DNA of 32,000 bases, taken from contig NC_010296.1 of assembly GCF_000010625.1 (NCBI RefSeq), positions 3,690,001 to 3,722,000 on the forward strand. Direction: 5' to 3'. The position numbers were made by a program, and so were the translations under genes. Below, piece by piece: positions 17,892-26,043 of the stretch. Under the pieces are notes generated by a model, which made no database searches, was not told the origin of the DNA, and saw only the letters and a program-made list of their open reading frames with translations. Each line of letters begins with the position of its first letter. Position 1 is the first letter of the stretch. The stretch is from Microcystis aeruginosa NIES-843. GTDB lineage: Bacteria > Cyanobacteriota > Cyanobacteriia > Cyanobacteriales > Microcystaceae.

Positions 17892-19211
17892 TTGACATCC
17901 TCACCGCCGTAAACGGACGGTGATTCCCAAACCTCACGATTTAGGTTTCTGCTTCTTTCCCTTGCGGGGTTCCGCACCTGCCTTAACAGATTTACTCTGT
18001 TCTGGTCTTATGGTCGCTCTACAGACTGACACCGCAAGCCCTGCGGCCAAAATATTTTTACTGGCGTTAATATCTCGGTCATGGTGTGTCCCACAGTCTG
18101 GACAATCCCACTCTCGAATATTTAACGGCATCTTTTCGACAATATGCCCGCAATTACTACACCTTTTAGAGCTAGGAAACCATCTATCTATTTCGATGTA
18201 ATTTCTTCCATACCAACGGCATTTATAGGCTAATTGTCGGGTGATTTCTCCCCAGCTTACGTCAGATATTGCCTGAGATAACTTGGGGTTTTTGACCATA
18301 TTCTTGACGGCTAAATTCTCAACCACAATCGTTTGGTTTTCACGAACTAATTGAGTGGTTAGCTTGTGTAAATGGTCTTTCCTGCTATCGGTGATTTGAG
18401 CGTGAATTTTGGCTACTTTGATTTTTGCCTTTTCTCGATTCTTTGAGTCTTTCTGTTTTCTAGAAAGGCTTTTTTGGGCCTTTCGCAGTCTCCGATAATG
18501 CTTTTTAAAATGCTTGGGATTAGATACTTTATCGCCATCGCTGGTAATCACGAGGCTACTAATTCCTAAGTCAATTCCGATGGCTTTATCTGTTACTGGT
18601 AATGGCTTAATCGTTGGGTCATCAAATCTTATTGAGATATGCCAACGTCCAGAAGGATGTAATCTGACTGTTACTGTGCTTGGTTCACAGCTTTCTGGTA
18701 TTTGTCTTGACCATCGAATAGGTAAGGGTTCTGTGCATTTGGCTAAATAGATTTGTTTGTCTTTGAACTTAAAAGCAGATTTGGTAAATTCGGCACTTCC
18801 TCCCTGATGTTTTTTCTTAAAGTTAGGATACTTAGTACGACCAGCAAAGAAATTAGTAAAAGCTGTTTGTAAATGTCTTAAGCCTTGTTGTAAAGGTACA
18901 CAGCTAACTTCATTGAGAAAGTCTAATTCTTCTTGCTTTTTCCACTCGGTCAACATTGAAGAAGTTTCAGTATATCCTACTCTTTCTTGTCTTTCATACC
19001 AAGCTTGTGTTCTGAGATGGAGTGCCTTATTGTAAACCAATCTTACACAGCCCAAAGTGCGCCGCAATAGCGACTCTTGTTCGGGTGTGGGGTAAAATCG
19101 GAACGAGTAGGCTTTTTCCATGTCTCACATTCTAGCATATATTTCGTAAATGTTCTAATATTTAACAGTAAAGCCGTCGTAGAACGACGGGGTTTCAGAC
19201 CCAAATTTTCG
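17892..19211 (-). mobile_element. IS200/IS605-family element carrying only tnpB (no tnpA); boundaries inferred
   Basis: LE side: the hairpin CCGTCGT-TCT-ACGACGG (minus strand) lies about 20 nt inside the point where three copies stop being alike (19211/19212). RE side: imperfect hairpin 17901..17923 with one bulged base. The proposed end after TCAA (17892) is by analogy with IS608 geometry only. Confidence 0.7.
17934..19121 (-). CDS. tnpB: TnpB (OrfB, IS1341-type RNA-guided nuclease), 395 aa
   Basis: N-terminal FRFYPTPEQ. RuvC triad contexts IGIDLG, VVENL and HDRDINA are all present. Zinc finger CSNCG...CPDCG. Confidence 0.9.
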   Translation of the reverse strand: MEKAYSFRFYPTPEQESLLRRTLGCVRLVYNKALHLRTQAWYERQERVGYTETSSMLTEWKKQEELDFLNEVSCVPLQQGLRHLQTAFTNFFAGRTKYPNFKKKHQGGSAEFTKSAFKFKDKQIYLAKCTEPLPIRWSRQIPESCEPSTVTVRLHPSGRWHISIRFDDPTIKPLPVTDKAIGIDLGISSLVITSDGDKVSNPKHFKKHYRRLRKAQKSLSRKQKDSKNREKAKIKVAKIHAQITDSRKDHLHKLTTQLVRENQTIVVENLAVKNMVKNPKLSQAISDVSWGEITRQLAYKCRWYGRNYIEIDRWFPSSKRCSNCGHIVEKMPLNIREWDCPDCGTHHDRDINASKNILAAGLAVSVCRATIRPEQSKSVKAGAEPRKGKKQKPKS

Positions 19212-20369
19212 ATGAATCATCCTTACTCTTGGATCGAGGATAGCTTAAAAACCCTCCATCGGGCCAATTGGTATCGAAGGGTTAAAACCATTCAAGGCCG
19301 GGGCGGAGCCGTTATAGAATTAGAGGGTCGATCGCTGATTAATTTTGCCAGTAATGATTATCTGGGATTAGCAGCCGATGAAAGAATGATCGCGGCAGCC
19401 ATAGCAGCAACACAACGCTATGGAACTGGAAGCACCGGCTCGCGTCTATTAAGTGGACACCGAGATCTTCATCGAGACTTAGAATTAGCGATCGCATCCT
19501 TTAAAAATAGCGAAGACGCGATCGTTTTTAGTTCGGGATATTTAGCCAATTTGGGGACAATTACCTGTTTAGTGGGGCAGAAAGACCTGATTTTAGGCGA
19601 TCAATACAATCACTCTAGCCTCAAAAATGGAGCCAAGTTAAGCGGTGCCACGGTGAAAGAATACCGGCACAATAGTCTCGAAGACTTAGAAAATCAGTTA
19701 TTAGCCCACCGTCATCACTATCGTCATTGTTTACTGCTCACTGATACAGTGTTTAGTATGGATGGGGATATCTGTCCCCTGGCGGGAATTCTCGCTCTAG
19801 CCGAGATTTATAATTGCATGGTTTTGGTGGATGAGGCCCACGCTACCGGGGTTATGGGGGAAAATGGCACAGGTTGCGTGGAATATTGTGGTTGTCAGGG
19901 ACGGGAATTAATTCAGATGGGAACCCTGAGTAAAGCTTTGGGCAGTTTAGGGGGATATGTGACCGGAAACGCCAAAATTATCGATTTTATCCGCAATCGC
20001 GCCGCCACCTGGATTTATACTACCGGTTTATCCCCCGCCGACACCGCCGCTGCTAGAATGGCTTTAGAGATTATTCGTCTGGAACCGGAACGTCGCCAAC
20101 GCTTACACCAAAATATTAATTTTGTCAAGAGTAAATTAAATAATCTTAATATATTGCCTTCAGAAGCGGCGATTTTATGTTTACCGGTAGCCAATCCGGG
20201 TCAAGCCCTAGAATTATCGCAAAAACTGCTAGAAAAAGGGATTTTTGCCCCCGCCATTCGTCCTCCTACCGTTCCCACCAGTCGTCTGCGGTTTACTGCC
20301 ATGGCCACCCATAGCCTCGCCCATCTAGAGGTTCTTGTCCAGTCTATTGGCGAGTCTTTCCCCACATAG
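19212..20369 (+). CDS. bioF: 8-amino-7-oxononanoate synthase
   Basis: [22 protein letters not shown] and the PLP-lysine context [13 protein letters not shown]. The track ORF begins at 19077, but its first 45 codons are the IS left end. MNHPYSW at 19212 is the plausible start. Confidence 0.85.
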   Translation: MNHPYSWIEDSLKTLHRANWYRRVKTIQGRGGAVIELEGRSLINFASNDYLGLAADERMIAAAIAATQRYGTGSTGSRLLSGHRDLHRDLELAIASFKNSEDAIVFSSGYLANLGTITCLVGQKDLILGDQYNHSSLKNGAKLSGATVKEYRHNSLEDLENQLLAHRHHYRHCLLLTDTVFSMDGDICPLAGILALAEIYNCMVLVDEAHATGVMGENGTGCVEYCGCQGRELIQMGTLSKALGSLGGYVTGNAKIIDFIRNRAATWIYTTGLSPADTAAARMALEIIRLEPERRQRLHQNINFVKSKLNNLNILPSEAAILCLPVANPGQALELSQKLLEKGIFAPAIRPPTVPTSRLRFTAMATHSLAHLEVLVQSIGESFPT

Positions 20370-20405
20370 GGAAAAAGTTTTTTCTGGGAGCAGGGAGCAG
20401 GGTGT

Positions 20406-20432
20406 GGGGAAGTGGGGTTTGGGGAAGTGGGG
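20406..20432 (+). repeat. G-run array GGGGAAGTGGGGTTTGGGGAAGTGGGG (G-quadruplex-type motif)
   Basis: Four GGGG runs separated by 3-4 nt, preceded by GGGAGCA GGGAGCA GGGTGT. Overlaps the outer box of attC-like element A. Confidence 0.6.
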
Positions 20433-20514
20433 AACGGTAAAGTGCAGCGGCGGCAGACAACCTTAGCATCACCACTGGGAGCTCCCGACCGTCCGCTCCA
20501 GCGCCTTGTTATGC
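20429..20514 (-). other. attC-like structured recombination-site candidate A (86 bp)
   Basis: Minus strand: GCATAAC-aaggc-GCTGGAGCGGACGG-(32 nt)-CTGCCGCCGCTGCAC-tttacc-GTTCCCC. Starts 10 nt after the stop of the PIN gene. Same segment lengths as element B. Confidence 0.5.
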
Positions 20515-20524
20515 TGCGGCGGGT

Positions 20525-20932
20525 TTAGGGACTCTTGAAAGGATTGACAATTTTCAGCCCATCAATGTCTGAATACCCAAAGTCTTCTGTATAGAGAGTT
20601 TCGACGTTTGCTTCCAAACAAGCAGCAACCACCATCGAATCCCAATGAGACAAACTAAAACGCCTGATCAAGTCCTCAGCACGATTAATCACAGCCCAAG
20701 TTGGCAAAGCTGTGTACCAAACCTGTTGCAAATCTCGAATGTACTGATAGGCTTGCGCTCTGTCATACCCAAATGGCTCAAGTTTGCGGCTTGCCGCTAA
20801 ATATTCGCAGGCAACCTGCCAAATTAAAACTCCCTCTGTCAGATTAGCTACTAGAGAAGCTGCGATTGCCTGCTTACTAGGATAACGCGAATCATTGACG
20901 TAAATTATACTTTGCACGGCTACAACTTGCAT
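20525..20932 (-). CDS. PIN/VapC-like toxin, orphan (no antitoxin gene upstream) and possibly degenerate
   Basis: The C-terminal HWDSMVVAACLEANVETLYTEDFGY fits VapC. At the N-terminus the usual first Asp position reads AVQSIIYVND. The upstream space is occupied by a MITE. Confidence 0.6.
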   Translation of the reverse strand: MQVVAVQSIIYVNDSRYPSKQAIAASLVANLTEGVLIWQVACEYLAASRKLEPFGYDRAQAYQYIRDLQQVWYTALPTWAVINRAEDLIRRFSLSHWDSMVVAACLEANVETLYTEDFGYSDIDGLKIVNPFKSP

Positions 20933-20959
20933 TTTTTACTCAAGGACAATAATATAGTT

Positions 20960-21147
20960 GGTTCTTCGTTACTTGGTATGGTTCGATCAGGGGGCATAAA
21001 TCGGCTAAATCCTTATCTGGCAAGAGACTTAATTGATTAGCTCGTTCTAGATTGAAAACAATTGGCAAAAATCGAAGCAATGTCTTTCTATATAATGGTT
21101 TCATCCCTTATAACTCCCGTCCATTGCATAACACAAACCGAAGAACC
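20960..21147. mobile_element. 188-bp MITE with ISL3-type termini, diverged copy 2, without TSD
   Basis: Same ends (GGTTCTTCGTTACTTGG ... CCGAAGAACC) and roughly 85-90 percent identity to copies 1 and 3. The flanks ATATAGTT and GCATATAT do not match. Confidence 0.8.
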
Positions 21148-21224
21148 GCATATATTTCGTAAATGTTCTAATATTTAACAGTAAAGCCGTCGTAGAACGA
21201 CGGGGTTTCAGACCCAAATTTTCG
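21148..21224 (-). repeat. Solo TnpB-element LE segment, copy 3, truncated by the MITE
   Basis: GCATATATTTCGTAAATGTTCTAATATTTAACAGTAAAGCCGTCGTAGAACGACGGGGTTTCAGACCCAAATTTTCG is identical by eye to 19135..19211. Followed by ATGAAT. Confidence 0.8.
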
Positions 21225-21356
21225 ATGAATGCCCCGCAAGCAACTTCAAGCCACTGTCCTAACCGAGGACTTGCCGCGTAACGCCCGAACTCACCCGCCG
21301 CTATTGATTTTGGCTAATCCAAAAATAATATAACACAGGTCGGCTGCAGTGATTTC

Positions 21357-21665
21357 TTAGACAGTCGCTACTCGATTATTTAACCAACGCTTCAAGGATT
21401 TTTGACTTTCCCCTGATGGTTGGCCAAGAATCAAGTTTTTAGTGCTAATGTCTTCATCTAGTTGATTCCAATGGATTCCACTGCCACCAGCGAGCAAGCG
21501 ATAATCATTGCGCTTCTCAGTTGAGCCATGCAGGAGCCGAGGATACCATGCCAGGGGAACAGATATAGTGCGCCCATCAGACAAATCTACACTGAGTGTG
21601 TCATCTGTGATGGCCAATTGCTGAATAGCCAATGTTTCAAATACTTCATTCGTTAAAAAAGTCAT
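21357..21665 (-). CDS. DUF2442-family protein (102 aa)
   Basis: Pattern ...LSVDLSDGRTISVPLAWYPRL...G.GIHW..LDEDIS is typical of DUF2442. It overlaps the remnant of its usual DUF4160 partner. Confidence 0.65.
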   Translation of the reverse strand: MTFLTNEVFETLAIQQLAITDDTLSVDLSDGRTISVPLAWYPRLLHGSTEKRNDYRLLAGGSGIHWNQLDEDISTKNLILGQPSGESQKSLKRWLNNRVATV

Positions 21666-21753
21666 TCCAGCCTGCTAGTAATTGTTCTTGGTTTTCTTGA
21701 ACAAGTTTTTGAATGCGGTTAATTTCGGTGCGGTTAAATCCTTTTCCGAAACA
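21646..21753 (-). pseudogene. DUF4160-like remnant (C-terminal ~35 codons only)
   Basis: Hand translation CFGKGFNRTEINRIQKLVQENQEQLLAGWNDFFNE* overlaps the DUF2442 start. Stops lie immediately upstream in the same frame. Confidence 0.4.
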
Positions 21754-21917
21754 TACAGAACTAATGAACTACTATACTCATCCCACCAGTCTTGTGTAAT
21801 CTTAAGTAGGGAGGCACAATTATTTGTAGGATGGGTTGGCGGTAGCGTAACATAATCGGGAGTTGGGTTTCATGCTTCAACCCAACCTACGTTCATCTTA
21901 TATTTAATTCCACCCAC

Positions 21918-22010
21918 CTACTTAATGTTGGCGGCAAGAATCAGGTTTTCTGTTGGTCTTGCGGTTAGATGACCCAAAATACTGGTTTCAATATAGAGGG
22001 TTTCGCTCAC
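21918..22010 (-). pseudogene. PIN-toxin N-terminal remnant (30 codons)
   Basis: GTG-start translation VSETLYIETSILGHLTARPTENLILAANIK* resembles the N-terminus of a common cyanobacterial PIN family. It is cut off by hairpin repeats. Confidence 0.3.
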
Positions 22011-22163
22011 GGCAATAAGAGAAAATCTATCCCACGTCTATCCTACTGCATTTAATCTTGGTTTTGAGGGAATTGGGTAACAGCCGTCAACCCAAGCTAC
22101 AAGATCAGCGTACTGCTACGCAGTGCCTTCGGCATCGCACTACCTCCGCCAAAAGATGAAGCG

Positions 22164-22249
22164 GCATAACGGTAAAGTGCAGCGGCGGCAGATCCCCTCG
22201 AACTCAACACAAGCGGCTTTCGCCCGTCCGCTGCCACGCAGTGTTAGCT
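22164..22249 (-). other. attC-like structured recombination-site candidate B (86 bp)
   Basis: Minus strand: AGCTAAC-actgc-GTGGCAGCGGACGG-(32 nt)-CTGCCGCCGCTGCAC-tttacc-GTTATGC. The inner arms pair over 12 bp with two single-base bulges. Starts 20 nt after the protease stop. Confidence 0.55.
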
Positions 22250-22269
22250 GGCTGGCAAGAGCAACCAAC

Positions 22270-22698
22270 CTATCCCGAAACAGGAGCTTTGGGGCTAACT
22301 GCAAACTCTAGCTGTGAACGGTAGAAGCAGACATCAAACTCCATAAAGAAGTTCACCTGCCCCAAGATAAGCGGCACGTTGGTAGCTTGTGTCCAGGCAA
22401 ATACCAGTTGCACGGGATCAAATTGCCCAACGACCGCTTGAGCAAGTACGACACGCGCCTCATATTGAGCCAAATTTCCTGTCAAACTCAGTGCTGTTGT
22501 TTGCCGATCCCATTCGTACCCAAGCTCGACTCCTACTGAATATGGTAGTACGTTTACACTTGCTCCAGTGTCCAATAGACCGGATGCTGTGACAGAAGCT
22601 TGTCTGTAAAACAGAGTAAAAGGCAAATGCGGACGAAAACTGGCTTCACCTAATGCCGCGTCACCAGAAACAAATGGATATCGCTCAGCGTTACCCAT
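22270..22698 (-). CDS. Retropepsin-like (clan AA) aspartic protease, single-lobe, 142 aa
   Basis: LLDTGASVNVL (D-T-G-A active-site motif) and the C-terminal PLILGQVNFF motif. Confidence 0.75.
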   Translation of the reverse strand: MGNAERYPFVSGDAALGEASFRPHLPFTLFYRQASVTASGLLDTGASVNVLPYSVGVELGYEWDRQTTALSLTGNLAQYEARVVLAQAVVGQFDPVQLVFAWTQATNVPLILGQVNFFMEFDVCFYRSQLEFAVSPKAPVSG

Positions 22699-22906
22699 GG
22701 TCTTGAGCTTTGGTAGCCTGTAGCACTTTTAACATCGTATCTGCTGCCTCAACCGCATCATAGGGCGACCACACTGGGTAAGCCTGACCCTGTTTAATCA
22801 AATCTGTCTCCTGTTGGGCTAGTTCTGAAATCAGGAGCTGCATGATATAAAACTTATCTGAACGACCCAGTTCTCTCAATGCCGAGATTAATTCTGATGA
22901 AACCAT
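22691..22906 (-). CDS. Small protein (71 aa) translationally coupled to the protease gene
   Basis: Its stop overlaps the protease start by 8 nt (ATGGGTAA). No domain recognised. Confidence 0.6.
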   Translation of the reverse strand: MVSSELISALRELGRSDKFYIMQLLISELAQQETDLIKQGQAYPVWSPYDAVEAADTMLKVLQATKAQDHG

Positions 22907-22936
22907 ATAAAATGAAATGCTCTTGTCAAGCTAGGT

Positions 22937-23368
22937 TTACCCTTTTATTCTAATCGCCCCAACCCGATGCAGTGACGTGCTCGCTGAGCATACACGATAC
23001 AATATCGGCGATCGCACCGTTAAGTCTCTCATTCTAATTTTGTCTTCTTCAATAACTGTAAAGTGTCCATACCAGTCATCCCGCAATGAGATAACCTTGG
23101 CAACTTTCTCAGCGACTACAGATCCAGAAGGTACTCTTATTCTAAACAAAATAATACCAACGCTGGCCGGCAACCTTGAACGAAAGGCGAGTTCTCCAAA
23201 ATCTTGATCAAATGTCAAGAGAATACGATTTTCTGCCTGGGCGCGACTTAAAACTTCCCGGTCCGAGATTCCGGGGGATTCCACCCTAATCCACAGGACA
23301 TCATGGACCTTTTGTCGTAGGGCTTCAACCGCATCAAGGGGGAAATTTTCGTTCGCTAGAAAACGCAT
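22937..23368 (-). CDS. DUF5615-family PIN-like protein with an aberrant C-terminal extension; partner gene missing
   Basis: MRFLANENFP...ILLTFDQDFGEL is the DUF5615 pattern. The last ~30 aa read into a repeat containing GCGATCGC. The upstream space where a DUF433 gene usually sits is occupied by the IS5-like element. Confidence 0.6.
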   Translation of the reverse strand: MRFLANENFPLDAVEALRQKVHDVLWIRVESPGISDREVLSRAQAENRILLTFDQDFGELAFRSRLPASVGIILFRIRVPSGSVVAEKVAKVISLRDDWYGHFTVIEEDKIRMRDLTVRSPILYRVCSASTSLHRVGAIRIKG

Positions 23369-23392
23369 CAGTTAAGCAGGAATAGCATAGAC

Positions 23393-24340
23393 TTTAGATC
23401 TCTTGCAAAAGTAATCAAGATATATCCTTTTGTCGGTAACGAAGTTCGTAATTGTAGATACCAGCAATCAAATTCAATCTCAGACCAAATCGCCGTCTGC
23501 GATTTCTGTATCTTGATGAAAGTATCCGAAATATTTTGAGACGACGATGAATATGTTCTATAACTATGCGCCGTTGTGATAACTGACGATTGTCTTTTTT
23601 TTGCTCTTTACTTAGTTTTTCTTTTTTCTTTTTTTATGAGGAATTTGACTGTTTTGATGGATTTTCTGAATTCCTTGATAGCCTTTATCCCCTAATATTT
23701 CTATTCCTTATTTAACCTTATTTTGCTCTCTTTCCACAGTCGAAAATCATGGACTCTTCCTTTCTCACAACGGACACAGATTACCTGCTCGCTTTTTTGG
23801 TCGCAACGCGCTCGCTGCGCGAGATCGGCAACGACTTGCGACTTTAATGTGTGGTATCCCTGCTTGCCACTATAGCATGATTTCTGTTTTTTTTGGGTCT
23901 TTCTATCTCCTGTTCTGACACATCCACCACTATTACTTCTATTTCACTATTACTTTCTAATAGGGCTTTTTTTCCCAGTAGATTAAACAGACCTGATTTG
24001 ATGAGAATATTCTCGACTTTCCTAACAATTCTATACGCCGTTGATTCGTTAATACCCCAACTATTTCCCAGATGAAAATAGGTGCGATATTCTCGCCAAT
24101 ATTCTAGTGTTATTAGTAGTTGGTCTTCCGTACTCAATTTGCTAGGTCTACTGTCTTTTTTTGCCAAACTTTTTCTGCCTTTAGGACTGTTACCATATCC
24201 TTAAATGTATCTGGATACACGCCACACAAGCGTTTGAACTCTGTTGGCTTTAAAGTTTTTACTTGTTCGTAAGTCATCTTTCAATCTTAACTCTTGGACT
24301 ATTTTATCCTATTTTGTCTAGACTTATGCAAGAGATCTAA
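23393..24340 (-). mobile_element. Degenerate IS5-family-like insertion sequence (about 0.95 kb)
   Basis: TIRs: TTAGATCTCTTGCAAAAGT (left) and TTAGATCTCTTGCATAAGT (right, reverse complement). The transposase is readable only in pieces in different frames: MTYEQVKTLKPTEFKRLCGVYPDTFKDMV; LSTEDQLLITLEYWREYRTYFHLG (track ORF 23844..24167); GDKGYQGIQKIH...QRRIVIEHIHRRLKIFRIL. Confidence 0.7.
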
Positions 24341-24519
24341 TGTGCATGGTGCGTTCCCCCAAAAATCGATCGGTGAAGCAGTGGGAGCCACATTAGGGAA
24401 CGCACCCTACAAGATCGGCGATCGCACTGTTTGCTTGCTTTAATTCATAACAAAAATTAACACACGAAAACCAGAAGAGCCAGAATCTTTGTAAAATGGG
24501 TTGAAATATTGCAATAGAA

Positions 24520-25005
24520 TCATTCTCCCGCAATTGTCAAAACCTTTCTGTAGAGTGTTTCGCTAATTCGGAATTCTGCTTTTAAGATTAGCTGAGCAAC
24601 AATAGGTTTAATATTCATAATCAATTCTTTTTGCTTGGCTTCGAGTAAAACGCCCAATATTCCAGTAATATTTAGCCCAAGAGATCGTGCAACTTTGCGT
24701 CCTTTTCTTTCATCCAAAATTAATATATCTGCGCCTAATTATAGCGCTAAAATAATCCCTTCTGATTCTCCTCGGTCTAATTTATTGAGTAGTTGATTAA
24801 CTTGGTTTTGCTGGGTGACGGGCCGTGTTTCTATCCAAGATAAGGTCATGATTTCAATCGTGCCAGGTACGGCGTAGCCTAAACTCGCCATTTCGTCATA
24901 AACGGCTTGAGGAATGATAATTGTTCCATAGAGTTGATGCAAAAGGGTTAACTGGTTAACGGCGGCTAGGTTGGTAATGGGTGAGGTGTCACTCACGACG
25001 ATCAT
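24520..25005 (-). pseudogene. DUF3368-family (PIN-like) toxin gene with one in-frame TAA
   Basis: Track ORFs 24739..25005 and 24520..24717 are in the same frame. Read through the stop at 24736..24738, the sequence is ...ESEGIILAL*LGADILILDERKGRKVARSLGL..., a continuous DUF3368-like sequence. Confidence 0.7.
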
Positions 25006-25247
25006 AGTCTGCCTAGTTTTTGTAAGGTTTGGATATCTTCTTCTAATTCTTCAAGGTCATAATGGACACAAATCTCTCTTAGATTAAGTTCGTGTTGAAA
25101 TTGGAGGAGGTTCATGCCTGCAAGATGACGGGCTTTGCCAATGCTGATTTTGTCTTGTTTAAAGAGCATGATGGCGATTTCTAGTTTTAGCTCGTCTTCG
25201 GAGAGTCCTGATGCGGTCAGTATGTCATTAGGAATAACTACGCTCAT
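25002..25247 (-). CDS. UPF0175-family antitoxin
   Basis: EIAIMLFKQDKISIGKARHLAGMNLLQFQHEL pattern. 4-nt ATGA overlap with the DUF3368 gene. Confidence 0.7.
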   Translation of the reverse strand: MSVVIPNDILTASGLSEDELKLEIAIMLFKQDKISIGKARHLAGMNLLQFQHELNLREICVHYDLEELEEDIQTLQKLGRL

Positions 25248-25415
25248 AATTTTTAGGGGTTGGCGATTGTCAAATCAGCGATGGTTTTATGATAGCTCGC
25301 TTGTGTCTAGTGCCTTGAGGGAGGTTTATGATTTCTCCAATCTCCGTTAAAAAGAAGCAAATATCAAATAATCCTCTTTTAAATAGGGTTTGCTGAAAAA
25401 GTTTGTTGGTGGGGT

Positions 25416-25459
<44 letters not shown>

Positions 25460-26043
25460 GGAGACAGCTATTAGGGATCGGATTTGAGTTTTCAGTTCAC
25501 TGTTTCCTCACACCAGAAGTCTGACGGAGTAGTGGCTTAGATGTGTAATTAATTTTGCTTAGGTACTTATCTATATCCTTACTTTTAATCATGATACCAA
25601 TACTCACCCCCTGCTGAATGTCAGACACATTCTCATACTTTCTAGCGGAATTATCGCCATTAGCCGGTAGTAGTAGTAAGGAAACCCAACACACAATAAT
25701 TGTTATGATTTCTGGTAATGATTTGGTAGTAGTGGCGTAGCCCTCTTGCTTATCTGGTATGAATTGTGTAAAATATTTATGAATAAAAATAATTGGAACC
25801 CGCTCAGTCTTTAAACCTCTAGCTTGATCATGACTTTTCTGATAAATATCTTTTTCTGGCTCCTGTCTGGCTTACTCAAATATCAGTCTAGCACCGAACA
25901 AAGTACCCCCTTCACCTCTATTCCCCTGTCCTAATTGTGGTTCTCACCATACTATCAAGAATGGTTCTATTCATAATGGAAAACCCAAACGTCAAGGTAA
26001 AGAGTGTGGTCGTCAGTTGGTGATCAATCCCACTAATAAAACC

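Noticed and set aside
17892-18070. Annotating an omega-RNA (reRNA) gene as a feature
   Set aside because: It is expected from TnpB biology, but I cannot define its ends or structure by eye, so it is mentioned only inside the TnpB finding.
19077-19211. N-terminal 45 codons of track ORF 19077..20369 as part of BioF
   Set aside because: This stretch is the left end of the TnpB element, and identical sequence occurs at 21148..21224 outside any gene. The BioF-like sequence begins at MNHPYSW (19212).
21230-21356. GC-rich stretch downstream of DUF2442 containing AGCGGCGG, considered as an attC
   Set aside because: No AAC...GTT outer boxes lie on one strand, and there is no partner for the AGCGGCGG arm.
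22123-22311. Track ORF 22123..22311(+), 62 aa
   Set aside because: It is composed almost entirely of attC-like element B and the 3' end of the protease gene on the opposite strand. Its Arg/Ser-rich product is typical of a GC-rich repeat.
22921-23030. A third attC-like site upstream of the small-protein gene (ACTTAAC...CCTAGCT on the minus strand)
   Set aside because: It has a good RYYYAAC-like box, and CTAGCT is one mismatch from the predicted TTAGCT cassette start. However, I could not find paired inner arms at the right spacing. The stretch instead matches a GCGATCGC-containing dispersed repeat also seen at 24405..24440.
25497-25694. ORF of 65 aa (…NGDNSARKYENVSDIQQGVSIGIMIKSK…), possibly a fragment of a restriction/methyltransferase-type gene cut by the IS1 insertion
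   Set aside because: The resemblance is a vague memory of a short motif, there is no start context, and nothing adjacent supports it.
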